A DNA stretch of 32,000 nucleotides. It comes from Nanopusillaceae archaeon. Lineage in GTDB: Archaea; Nanobdellota; Nanobdellia; Nanobdellales; Nanobdellaceae. Of this stretch, positions 17,861 to 25,101 are shown piece after piece. Both the position numbers and the translations under genes were made by a program. The stretch's first letter is position 1, and every line of letters begins with the position of its first letter. The notes beneath the pieces were generated by a model. That model was not told where the DNA came from and ran no database searches. It saw only the letters and a list, made by a program, of their open reading frames with translations. The DNA lies in the NCBI GenBank assembly GCA_049974095.1, contig JBMFJD010000001.1, positions 81,508 to 113,507 of the forward strand, given 5' to 3'.

Positions 17861-17948
17861 TGGGCCCGGGGGGACTCGAACCCCCGACCTCCGGCTTTCC
17901 CAGGGGTAGCCTTATAAGGCCGGCGCTCCGCCCCTGAGCTACGGGCCC
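17861..17948 (-). tRNA. tRNA-Ile, anticodon UAU, with 16-nt intron
   Basis: Reverse complement folds by hand: acceptor GGGCCCG/CGGGCCC plus discriminator A, D arm GCTC-AGGGGCG-GAGC, anticodon stem CCGGC/GCCGG, loop CT-TAT-AA, variable AGGTC, T arm GGGGG-TTCGAGT-CCCCC. No encoded CCA. Confidence 0.85.
17896..17911 (-). other. tRNA intron at or next to canonical position 37/38
   Basis: 16 nt (GGCTACCCCTGGGAAA on the tRNA strand) separate the anticodon loop from the 3' half of the anticodon stem. The exact boundary is ambiguous by 1 nt. I did not verify a bulge-helix-bulge fold. Confidence 0.7.
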
Positions 17949-17986
17949 TAAATAATAAAAATTAAGAATATTTATTTTTAAAACCT

Positions 17987-17995
17987 TTTTTATAT
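17987..17995 (+). promoter_or_regulatory. TATA box for the mcm operon
   Basis: ttttatata begins 32 nt upstream of ATG 18019. Confidence 0.4.
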
Positions 17996-18018
17996 ACTTT
18001 TCCTACAATAATAGATAT

Positions 18019-20022
18019 ATGGAAGAACAGAAAGAGAAGGAATTATTGGATTTAGAAATTTTAAAGGAGATATTTAATGCTTCTAAGGAAGAAATTGAGA
18101 GATTTGTAAGAGAAGAAGAAAAAGCAATTATAATAGATTATGAAAAGATAAAATCTTATTTAAGTACTGAAGCAATAGATCTATTATTAAATAATCCACA
18201 GGATTTCTTTGAAAATTTATCTCTTTATTTCTCAGAAAGATTAAACAGAAAAGCTAGGGTAAGAATTAAGAATTTACCTGAGAAATTTAGATATCTAAGG
18301 ATAAGGGATATAAGATCGGAGCATAAGGATAAATTAGTACAAGTTGAAGGAATAATAAAAATTTCTTCGGAAGTAAGACCTTTTATAATTAGGACAAAAT
18401 ATTTACATGAAGAGTGTGGAGGAGAATTTTGGGTAGAAAACAAAGATTTTACAATTGAAAGACCAAAGAAGTGTCCTATGTGTGGGGGGACAAAAGGAAA
18501 ATTTATAGAAACTGATCATGAAACAATTGATATACAAAGATTGTTAATTGAAGAACCTGCAGATCAAATTGAAAAAGGAGAACAACCAGCACAAATCACA
18601 ATAATATTAAAGGAAGATTTATGTGAACCAAAGATGGAAAGAAAAACATTACCTGGGATTAGAGTTAAGGTTTATGGAATTGTAAGAGAATTAAAGACAG
18701 GAATAGGTAAAGCATTATTAGATTTATATATTGATGCAATTTATATAGAACCTGTAGATAAAGATATAGAAGATATATATATTTCTCCAGAAGATGAAAA
18801 TAAAATATTGGAATTGGCAAGATCTGGAGATGTGTTAAATTTAATTGCTCAATCAATTGCACCAGGTTTATATGGAAAGCAATATGAAATAATTAAAAAA
18901 GCAATTGCATTACAATTATTATCTGGAGGAAAAAGAAGAAGAGGTGTTGATGAGAGAAAAAATATTCATATATTGATAGTAGGAGATCCTGGAGTTGGAA
19001 AATCTAAATTATTAAGATATATTTCAGATATTGCTCCAAAATCAAAATATGTTGTTGGAATTACATCATCATCAGTTGGATTAACAGCATCTGTAAGAAA
19101 GGATGAAATATTAAAGGGAGGATGGGTATTGGAAGCAGGAGCTTTAGTATTAACATCGGGAGGAGTTGTATGTATTGATGAATTAGATAAACTAGATACT
19201 GAAGAATTACAATCTTTGCATGAAGCAATGGAACAGCAAACAATAACAATTGATAAAGCAAATATTCATGCTACTTTAAGAACAGAAACATCTATTCTTG
19301 CAGCAGCAAACCCAAAATTTGGAAGATGGGATAAAATGAAAAGTATAGTAGATCAGATAGATTTGCCTCCAACAATAATAAATAGGTTTGATCTAATATT
19401 TGTATTAATTGATGAACCAAATCCACAGCAAGATGAAGCAATTGTAAGTGAAATTTTAAAAGGAATACAGCAGGAAGAAAAATCACCATTAGATAAGGAT
19501 TTATTAAGGAAATATATTATATATGCAAAGAGAATAGAACCAAAATGGACAACTTCAGCATTAAATATTGTAAAGGAATTTTATATGCAACTAAGATCTA
19601 AAGCAAATGAAGAAACAATTCCAATAACAACTAGACAATTGATGTCAATAATAAGGTTAGCAGAAGCATCTGCAAAAATAAGATTATCTCCAATAATTAC
19701 AGAAGATGATGTGAATTTAGCAAAAGAATTATTATTATATAGTTTAAGAGAAGTTGGAATAAACCCAGAAACACAAAAATTAGATATTGATATAATAATG
19801 ACGGGAATTTCTACAACTCAAAGACAAAAATTATCAAAAATATTAGATATAATAAAAGATTTACAAAAGGATTTCCAGGATGGTGTTCCATTAAATGAAA
19901 TAATAAATGAAAGTAAAAAATATAATATTGAGGAAGATAAAGTAAAAGAAATAATTGAGAAATTATTAAAGGAAGGATATATATATGAAACAGGTCCACA
20001 AAAATATAGATCGTTATCATAA
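18019..20022 (+). CDS. mcm: MCM replicative helicase
   Basis: Zn motif HEECGG...CPMCGG, Walker A ILIVGDPGVGKSKLL, Walker B VCIDELDKL, arginine finger region SILAAANP, and C-terminal winged helix ending LLKEGYIYETGPQKYRSL. Confidence 0.95.
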   Translation: MEEQKEKELLDLEILKEIFNASKEEIERFVREEEKAIIIDYEKIKSYLSTEAIDLLLNNPQDFFENLSLYFSERLNRKARVRIKNLPEKFRYLRIRDIRSEHKDKLVQVEGIIKISSEVRPFIIRTKYLHEECGGEFWVENKDFTIERPKKCPMCGGTKGKFIETDHETIDIQRLLIEEPADQIEKGEQPAQITIILKEDLCEPKMERKTLPGIRVKVYGIVRELKTGIGKALLDLYIDAIYIEPVDKDIEDIYISPEDENKILELARSGDVLNLIAQSIAPGLYGKQYEIIKKAIALQLLSGGKRRRGVDERKNIHILIVGDPGVGKSKLLRYISDIAPKSKYVVGITSSSVGLTASVRKDEILKGGWVLEAGALVLTSGGVVCIDELDKLDTEELQSLHEAMEQQTITIDKANIHATLRTETSILAAANPKFGRWDKMKSIVDQIDLPPTIINRFDLIFVLIDEPNPQQDEAIVSEILKGIQQEEKSPLDKDLLRKYIIYAKRIEPKWTTSALNIVKEFYMQLRSKANEETIPITTRQLMSIIRLAEASAKIRLSPIITEDDVNLAKELLLYSLREVGINPETQKLDIDIIMTGISTTQRQKLSKILDIIKDLQKDFQDGVPLNEIINESKKYNIEEDKVKEIIEKLLKEGYIYETGPQKYRSLS

Positions 20023-20669
20023 TGCATATACCTATTTTTTCTAAAGATATTGAAAAATTTGAAAATAAAAAAGTATCTGTTATTGGAAAAATTGTTGATA
20101 TACAAGAAGAGAAAAAATTATTAAGAATAAAATTATTAGACCCTTTTGGCTATATTAATATTGTTTTCTTTGAATATTATGATATAAAATTGTTTGATAC
20201 TGTTCTAATTTTAGGAAAAATATTAAAATATAATGATAATTTTTCAATAGTTGGAAAATATGTTGTTAAACTAAATGAGAAAGAAGAAATTTTATGGAGG
20301 AAATTTTTTATAAAAAAGAAAAAGATTAAAGAAAAAGTAGAAAAAAATATAAAAGATAAAGAAGAAAAGAAAATAGTAAAAAATAATGTAATAGAAGAAA
20401 AATCAGAAAAAGATATTAAAAAACAACAGAAAGTTAATATTGAGGATAAAGAAGATATAAAATTTGATGAAATAGAGGATGAGAATATAAAATTAAGGAA
20501 AGAGATATTGGAATTTATAAGAAATAATGATAAAGTAGATGGGGTATCATTTAATGATATATTAAATTTCTTTGATGTAAATGAAGAAAAATTAACAAAT
20601 GTTTTAAAAGATTTATTATCCTCTGGAGAAATTTATGAATCTTCTCCAAATAAATATAAAGTTATATGA
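20022..20669 (+). CDS. OB-fold plus C-terminal winged-helix protein (RPA32/Stn1-like architecture), start overlaps the MCM stop
   Basis: N-terminal OB-like pattern KKVSVIGKIVDIQEEKKLLRIKLLDPFGYINIVFFE...DTVLILGKILKYNDNFSIVGKYVVKL, then a K/E-rich linker. The C-terminus ILEFIRNN..VSFNDILNFF...LKDLLSSGEIYESSPNKYKVI resembles the MCM wH tail. Its ATG shares one base with the MCM TAA (TAATG). Confidence 0.45.
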   Translation: MHIPIFSKDIEKFENKKVSVIGKIVDIQEEKKLLRIKLLDPFGYINIVFFEYYDIKLFDTVLILGKILKYNDNFSIVGKYVVKLNEKEEILWRKFFIKKKKIKEKVEKNIKDKEEKKIVKNNVIEEKSEKDIKKQQKVNIEDKEDIKFDEIEDENIKLRKEILEFIRNNDKVDGVSFNDILNFFDVNEEKLTNVLKDLLSSGEIYESSPNKYKVI

Positions 20670-21094
20670 TACCATCGTATGAAGAAATGTTGGATGAGGC
20701 ATATGAAGAATTAAGTAAAATAAAAGTATCTCATGGTTCTGAATTAGGAATTATGAATATACCATTACCAAAAGTAAATTATGTTGGAAAATGGACCTCA
20801 ATTGAAAATGCAAAAAACATATGTGATGTTATAAATAGAGATATAAAATTATTAGCGCAATTTCTACAAAAAGAATTTAATGTACCATCAAAGATAGAAG
20901 ATGGTAAAATAATATTGCAAAAGAAGATAGAATTTGAAAAGATAAAGGAAAAAATAGACAAATTTGTTGATATATTTGTAAGATGTCCAGTATGTAAAAA
21001 ATTAGATACAAAATTAGAAAAGAAGGAAAGAATATATTATATAAAATGTTTAGTTTGTGGGGCAGAAAGCCCAGTTATATATGATTTAAAATGA
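20666..21094 (+). CDS. eif2b: Translation initiation factor aIF-2 beta subunit
   Basis: YEEMLDEAYEEL N-terminus, central NIPLPKVNYVGKWTSIEN..ICDVINRD..LLAQFLQKEF core, and C-terminal zinc ribbon CPVCKKLDT...CLVCGAE. ATGA overlap with the upstream gene. Confidence 0.88.
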   Translation: MIPSYEEMLDEAYEELSKIKVSHGSELGIMNIPLPKVNYVGKWTSIENAKNICDVINRDIKLLAQFLQKEFNVPSKIEDGKIILQKKIEFEKIKEKIDKFVDIFVRCPVCKKLDTKLEKKERIYYIKCLVCGAESPVIYDLK

Positions 21095-21378
21095 TATATG
21101 TAAAAAAATATAGGGATAATTATGGAGAAGTATTGGTCTTATGCGATAAAGATTTATATGGAAAAAGATTTGAAGATGGAGATCTTGTATTAGAAATAAA
21201 TAATTTCTTTAAAGGGGAAGAAAAGGAAAATATTAGTGATGAGGAAATAAATAATTGTTATTTTATATATGCAGTTGGGGAAAAATCTGTTAAAATATTA
21301 AAAGATAAAAAGTTGATAGATGATAATGATATAAAAAGAATAAAGGATATACCATATGTATTTTTATTATTTTTATGA
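21091..21378 (+). CDS. DUF424 family protein
   Basis: IYVKKYRDNYGEVLVLCDKDLYGKRFEDGDLVLEINNFFKGEE...AVGEKSVKILKDKKLI...IKDIPYV matches the DUF424 pattern from memory. ATGA overlaps on both sides. Confidence 0.7.
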   Translation: MIYVKKYRDNYGEVLVLCDKDLYGKRFEDGDLVLEINNFFKGEEKENISDEEINNCYFIYAVGEKSVKILKDKKLIDDNDIKRIKDIPYVFLLFL

Positions 21379-21887
21379 AAAGAATTTGTCCATCTTGTGG
21401 AAGAGAAGTAGATAAATTATATGATGGTTTATGCTATAATTGTTATATTAAATTAAAGAAAAAGGAAGAGAAAAAAATAGAGAAAGTATATGTATGTAAA
21501 ATTTGCGGAAGAATAAAGTATCATAATAGATGGTACAATAAAATAGATATCAAAGATTTTGAGTATGAATATACAATTTGTCCAAAATGTAAAAGATATT
21601 ATAAGAAATATAATTTAATAATTCAGTTAAGAGATATAGATAGAAATATAGAGGATGAAATAATAAAAATAATAAAAGAAAATGATGACTTTTTTAAAAA
21701 ATTGGAAGAAATAGATGAGAAAAATGTAGATATATATTTATATATTGGAAAAAATAAAATTAAGAAGTATATTGAAAGGTTAAAGAAATATGGAAAAATA
21801 AAAGTAACAAAAAAATTGGTAGGATATGATAAAAGTAAAGGAAAAAAGAAGTATATAATAACAATTTTGGTTAAAAAAGAAAATTAA
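21375..21887 (+). CDS. Minimised NMD3-family protein (60S subunit biogenesis/export adaptor homolog)
   Basis: Ordered CxxC pairs CPSCG...CYNC, CKICG, CPKC, followed by IIQLRD, VDIYLY and KKLVGYDKSKGKKKYIITILV. Same order as the NMD3 N-terminal domain but only 170 aa. Confidence 0.6.
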   Translation: MKRICPSCGREVDKLYDGLCYNCYIKLKKKEEKKIEKVYVCKICGRIKYHNRWYNKIDIKDFEYEYTICPKCKRYYKKYNLIIQLRDIDRNIEDEIIKIIKENDDFFKKLEEIDEKNVDIYLYIGKNKIKKYIERLKKYGKIKVTKKLVGYDKSKGKKKYIITILVKKEN

Positions 21888-21928
21888 AAATTAAAAAATT
21901 TATACGATTTCATTTAAAAATAGAAAAA

Positions 21929-21937
21929 TTTATAAAT
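21929..21937 (+). promoter_or_regulatory. TATA box for the acidic microprotein ORF
   Basis: A-rich BRE-like agaaaaa followed by tttataaat, 31 nt upstream of ATG 21960. Confidence 0.4.
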
Positions 21938-21959
21938 TTTTCAATGATATATATGGGTT

Positions 21960-22079
21960 ATGGATTGGGATGAACTAAAAAGGAGATTAGGAGATGAAGA
22001 TGAATTTGATGAAGAAGATGAAGGAGAGTGGGAAGATGTAGAGGAAGAAGAATGGGAGGATTGGGATGAAGAATGGTAA
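21960..22079 (+). CDS. 39-aa hyper-acidic Trp-rich microprotein (not in ORF track)
   Basis: Own translation: MDWDELKRRLGDEDEFDEEDEGEWEDVEEEEWEDWDEEW, stop TAA 22077-22079. TATA-like tttataaat at 21929-21937, 31 nt before the ATG. Ends 29 nt before aIF-1A. Confidence 0.45.
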   Translation: MDWDELKRRLGDEDEFDEEDEGEWEDVEEEEWEDWDEEW

Positions 22080-22108
22080 AGGTTAAATAATTATGATTAT
22101 TTTTTTCT

Positions 22109-22414
22109 ATGTCATTATCTGAAGATAAGGAAACACCTGTTCCAAAAGGAAATCAGGTTATAGGTATTATTGAAGAAGTTGTTGGGTGGGCTCATGCAAA
22201 GGTAAGGTGTTTTGATGGAAAGACAAGGATTTGTAGAGTACCTCAAAATAAGAAGATGCATAAAAATATATGGTTAAAAAAAGGCGTTTATGTTTTAGTA
22301 GAACCCTGGGAATTACAATCTGATAAAAAAGGAGATATTTTGTATACTTATTCAACTTCTGAAGTTGAATGGTTGAAGAAAAATGGATATCTAAAAATTG
22401 AGGAAGAATTTTAG
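22109..22414 (+). CDS. eif1a: Translation initiation factor aIF-1A
   Basis: S1-like OB core GIIEEVVGWAHAKVRCFDGKTRICRVPQNKKMHKNIWLKKGVYVLVEPWE...KGDILYTY. 101 aa. Confidence 0.9.
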   Translation: MSLSEDKETPVPKGNQVIGIIEEVVGWAHAKVRCFDGKTRICRVPQNKKMHKNIWLKKGVYVLVEPWELQSDKKGDILYTYSTSEVEWLKKNGYLKIEEEF

Positions 22415-22546
22415 AATTACTATATAAACTTCCTGTTTTTTGTATTAAAGATAAAATTATTTAAATAAAATAGAAGGTAAATAATTCTGAGTTAAATGAT
22501 AAGAATAAAGAAATTTTAATATATTGAATATTGAATATTTATATTA

Positions 22547-22619
22547 GGGCTCGTAGTCTAGCCAGGTAGGACTTCGGGCTCCAGACCCGATGGCCGGGGT
22601 TCGAATCCCCGCGGGCCCA
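22547..22619 (+). tRNA. tRNA-Trp, anticodon CCA, no intron
   Basis: Hand fold: acceptor GGGCTCG/CGGGCCC (one G:U) plus A73, D arm GTCT-AGCCAGGTA-GGAC, anticodon stem TCGGG/CCCGA with loop CT-CCA-GA, T arm CGGGG-TTCGAAT-CCCCG. Confidence 0.9.
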
Positions 22620-22711
22620 AGACCTTTATATATCTACCCTATGTGGATGCAGAAAAATAATCTTGGTTTTTACTCGCAAATAAATTTTCCTTGGCAAGTT
22701 TCCCTAGAGTT

Positions 22712-22921
22712 TTAAGAGCTTGAACTCCCGCTTGATGGAATTAATTGAGATATATTATTATATGTATTATTTAATTGATTTATTGATGTATTTTCAAGAC
22801 CGTTTTGAGAATTTAATATTGGTAGAGATCCATGGTATAAAAAGAAAATTAAAAATATTAAAGCAACTAATGCAATAATAATAATTATCAAAAAATATAC
22901 TCCAATTTCTGTACTTTTCAT
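22712..22921 (-). CDS. Mini type IV pilin-like protein (class III signal-peptide-like N-terminus), paralog B
   Basis: MKSTEIGVYFLIIIIIALVALIFLIFFLY, then an N/S/Q-rich tail with N-x-S/T sequons and an SSGSSSS end. Shares the LIIIIIA core with 22923..23120 and 30148..30336. Confidence 0.4.
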   Translation of the reverse strand: MKSTEIGVYFLIIIIIALVALIFLIFFLYHGSLPILNSQNGLENTSINQLNNTYNNISQLIPSSGSSSS

Positions 22922-22922
22922 A

Positions 22923-23120
22923 TTATGTTAAATTTGAAATATTATTAATTAATTGAGTTGCAGTATTTGTTTGATTCACAGCAGAATTCTCAACACCATT
23001 TATTCCATTAGATCCTTTTGCTCCTCCTCCTACAAAAAATAATATTATAAATATTAATACTACTATTGCTATTATTATTATTATTAATGTATTTATTGCA
23101 ATAGATTGATTTTTCTTCAT
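22923..23120 (-). CDS. Mini type IV pilin-like protein, paralog A
   Basis: MKKNQSIAINTLIIIIIAIVVLIFIILFFVGGG: short basic N-terminus, Q-S, long hydrophobic helix, then a G/N/S/T-rich tail with sequons (NQT, NIS). Lies 1 nt from paralog B. Confidence 0.45.
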   Translation of the reverse strand: MKKNQSIAINTLIIIIIAIVVLIFIILFFVGGGAKGSNGINGVENSAVNQTNTATQLINNISNLT

Positions 23121-23172
23121 TTTAAATTTAAGCTTTTTTATTCTTTTTAAACTTTATATTAAAAATCTTATT

Positions 23173-25077
23173 ATGTGGTTATTAAAAGAAAGATTAGAAG
23201 ATTATGATATTGAATTTTCAAAACCACCAGAAAATTTAGATTATGATATATCAATATTATTATTTAAAGAAGTGAAAAAGGGAAAAAATATAAATGAAAT
23301 CACAGAAGAAATAATAAATAAAATAAAAGATTTGGTCATTGATTATAAATTAATTAATGGATATTTAAATATAAAGATAAATAAAAAAGAATTAATAAAA
23401 TATTATAATGAAATATTTAAATTTGAAAAGAAAAATATTAGAGTATTTTTAGAGCATACATCTGCAAATCCAAATAAAGCATTACATATTGGGCATATTA
23501 GAAATTCAATTTTAGGAGATTCATTATATAGATTGTTAAGTTTACTAGGATATGATGTAATAACATTAAATTATATAGATGATACCGGAGCACAGGTTGC
23601 AGATAATATATTGGGAATTTATTTATTAAAAATACCAAAAGATCCTAAAGAATTTAATTTAGAAAATGTTATAAAAAATATAAAAGAATTTTTAATTAAG
23701 GAAGGATTATATAAAGAAGAATATGAAGAAAAGATAAAAAATATATTTTTGGAAAGAATGAGGGCATTAAAAGAATTATATGAATATGAAATACCTGAAA
23801 AATTAGATCATTATTTTGGAGATTTTATTTATGTTATTGTAAATAAATTATATGAAATAGTTTCTGGATTAGAAAATTATAAATATAAAATAATAAAGTT
23901 AATAGAGGAAGGAAATAATGAATTATATTATTTATCTAAAGAAATATCTGATAAAATATTATTAGAGCAATTAAAGACACTTTGGAATTTTGATATATAT
24001 TTTGATTTAATTATTAGAGAATCAGATATATTAAGATATAGTTTATTTGATCAAGCATTGAATATATTGTTTGAAAAAGAAATTGCAAAAAGAATAAATG
24101 AAAATGGAAAATTTTATGTTGCATTAGATTTAAAAAAATGGCCAGATATTGCAAAAGCATATTCTTCTGAAGAAAAAGTATTAATAAGATCTAATGGTAC
24201 TACTACATATATTGCAAAGGATATTGCATATGCAATGTGGAAATTAGGAATAATAAAATCAAATATAAAGTTTAAAGAGAATATATTGCAACCAAATGAT
24301 AAATATATCTTAGAAATAGATAAAAATGGAAATATAGAAATAGAACCTTGTGATATATCAATAAATGTAATAGGGTCTGAGCAAACACATAATCAAATGA
24401 TGGTAAAAAGAGTAATTGAAGAAGTAGATAAAAATAAAAAATATATTCATTATGGATATGGATTAGTAATGTTACATAAAAATACTGCAAAAATATTTGG
24501 AATTGAAGAAGATATTGTAAAAATGTCTGGAAGAAAAGGAATTTATATAAATGTAGATGATTTATATAATAGATTATATAATATATGTTTTGAAAAATTT
24601 AATGATAAAGAAATTGCAGAAAAATTATCAAAAGGTTTTATATCATTAGAAATGTTAAAATATGATAGAAATAGTATAATAAAATTTGATATAAATAAGA
24701 TGTTAAATATTGAGGAAGGTAATGCTATATATTTTCTATATACGTATGCTAGAATAAATTCTTTATTGGAAAAAGCAAATTGGGAAATCCCAAAAGAATT
24801 TGAAATAAATGAATTAAATAAATATGAAGAGAAACTAATATTAAAATTATTTGAATTTAAAGATATATTATTGGAAATTGAAAAAAATCTAGAATTAAAT
24901 AGATTATATAAATATTTAATTGAATTGGTGAAAGTATTTAATGAATTTTATCAAAATGTTCCAATATTAAATTATAAAGATAAATGTCCACATAGATTAT
25001 TTTTAGTCTATTTAACAAAAGAAGTATTGGAAAAGATATTTTATATATTAAAGATAGAACCTGTAAAAAGAATTTAA
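23173..25077 (+). CDS. argS: Arginyl-tRNA synthetase
   Basis: SANPNKALHIGHIRNSILGD (HIGH), the IRSNGTTTYIAKDIAYA block, GSEQ, KMSGRKG, and a C-terminal DALR-type anticodon-binding region. Confidence 0.9.
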   Translation: MWLLKERLEDYDIEFSKPPENLDYDISILLFKEVKKGKNINEITEEIINKIKDLVIDYKLINGYLNIKINKKELIKYYNEIFKFEKKNIRVFLEHTSANPNKALHIGHIRNSILGDSLYRLLSLLGYDVITLNYIDDTGAQVADNILGIYLLKIPKDPKEFNLENVIKNIKEFLIKEGLYKEEYEEKIKNIFLERMRALKELYEYEIPEKLDHYFGDFIYVIVNKLYEIVSGLENYKYKIIKLIEEGNNELYYLSKEISDKILLEQLKTLWNFDIYFDLIIRESDILRYSLFDQALNILFEKEIAKRINENGKFYVALDLKKWPDIAKAYSSEEKVLIRSNGTTTYIAKDIAYAMWKLGIIKSNIKFKENILQPNDKYILEIDKNGNIEIEPCDISINVIGSEQTHNQMMVKRVIEEVDKNKKYIHYGYGLVMLHKNTAKIFGIEEDIVKMSGRKGIYINVDDLYNRLYNICFEKFNDKEIAEKLSKGFISLEMLKYDRNSIIKFDINKMLNIEEGNAIYFLYTYARINSLLEKANWEIPKEFEINELNKYEEKLILKLFEFKDILLEIEKNLELNRLYKYLIELVKVFNEFYQNVPILNYKDKCPHRLFLVYLTKEVLEKIFYILKIEPVKRI

Positions 25078-25101
25078 AAATATAATGATAATATTTTTGT
25101 T

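Noticed and set aside
18225-20105. Six minus-strand track ORFs inside mcm (18225, 18665, 19061, 19292, 19811, 19818)
   Set aside because: All are antisense to a confidently identified MCM gene, are leucine/isoleucine-rich, and have no motifs or promoter context.
20022-20669. ORF after mcm as GINS23, which neighbours mcm in some crenarchaea
   Set aside because: The N-terminal strand pattern fits a ~90-aa OB barrel rather than the small GINS B-domain. The C-terminus looks like a winged helix, not the GINS helical A-domain. Kept as an OB/wH hypothesis only.
22521-22546. Tandem heptamer atattga-atattga-atattta upstream of tRNA-Trp
   Set aside because: Only 2-3 short copies in AT-rich promoter DNA. 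Most likely it is just the tRNA promoter/TATA region rather than a repeat element.
22641-22715. 24-codon ORF (MWMQKNNLGFYSQINFPWQVSLEF) and slightly GC-richer DNA just 3' of tRNA-Trp: possible integration scar or small gene
   Set aside because: I saw no repeat of the tRNA 3' end anywhere in the window and no integrase nearby. The ORF is short and has no promoter spacing. It is most simply a convergent terminator region.
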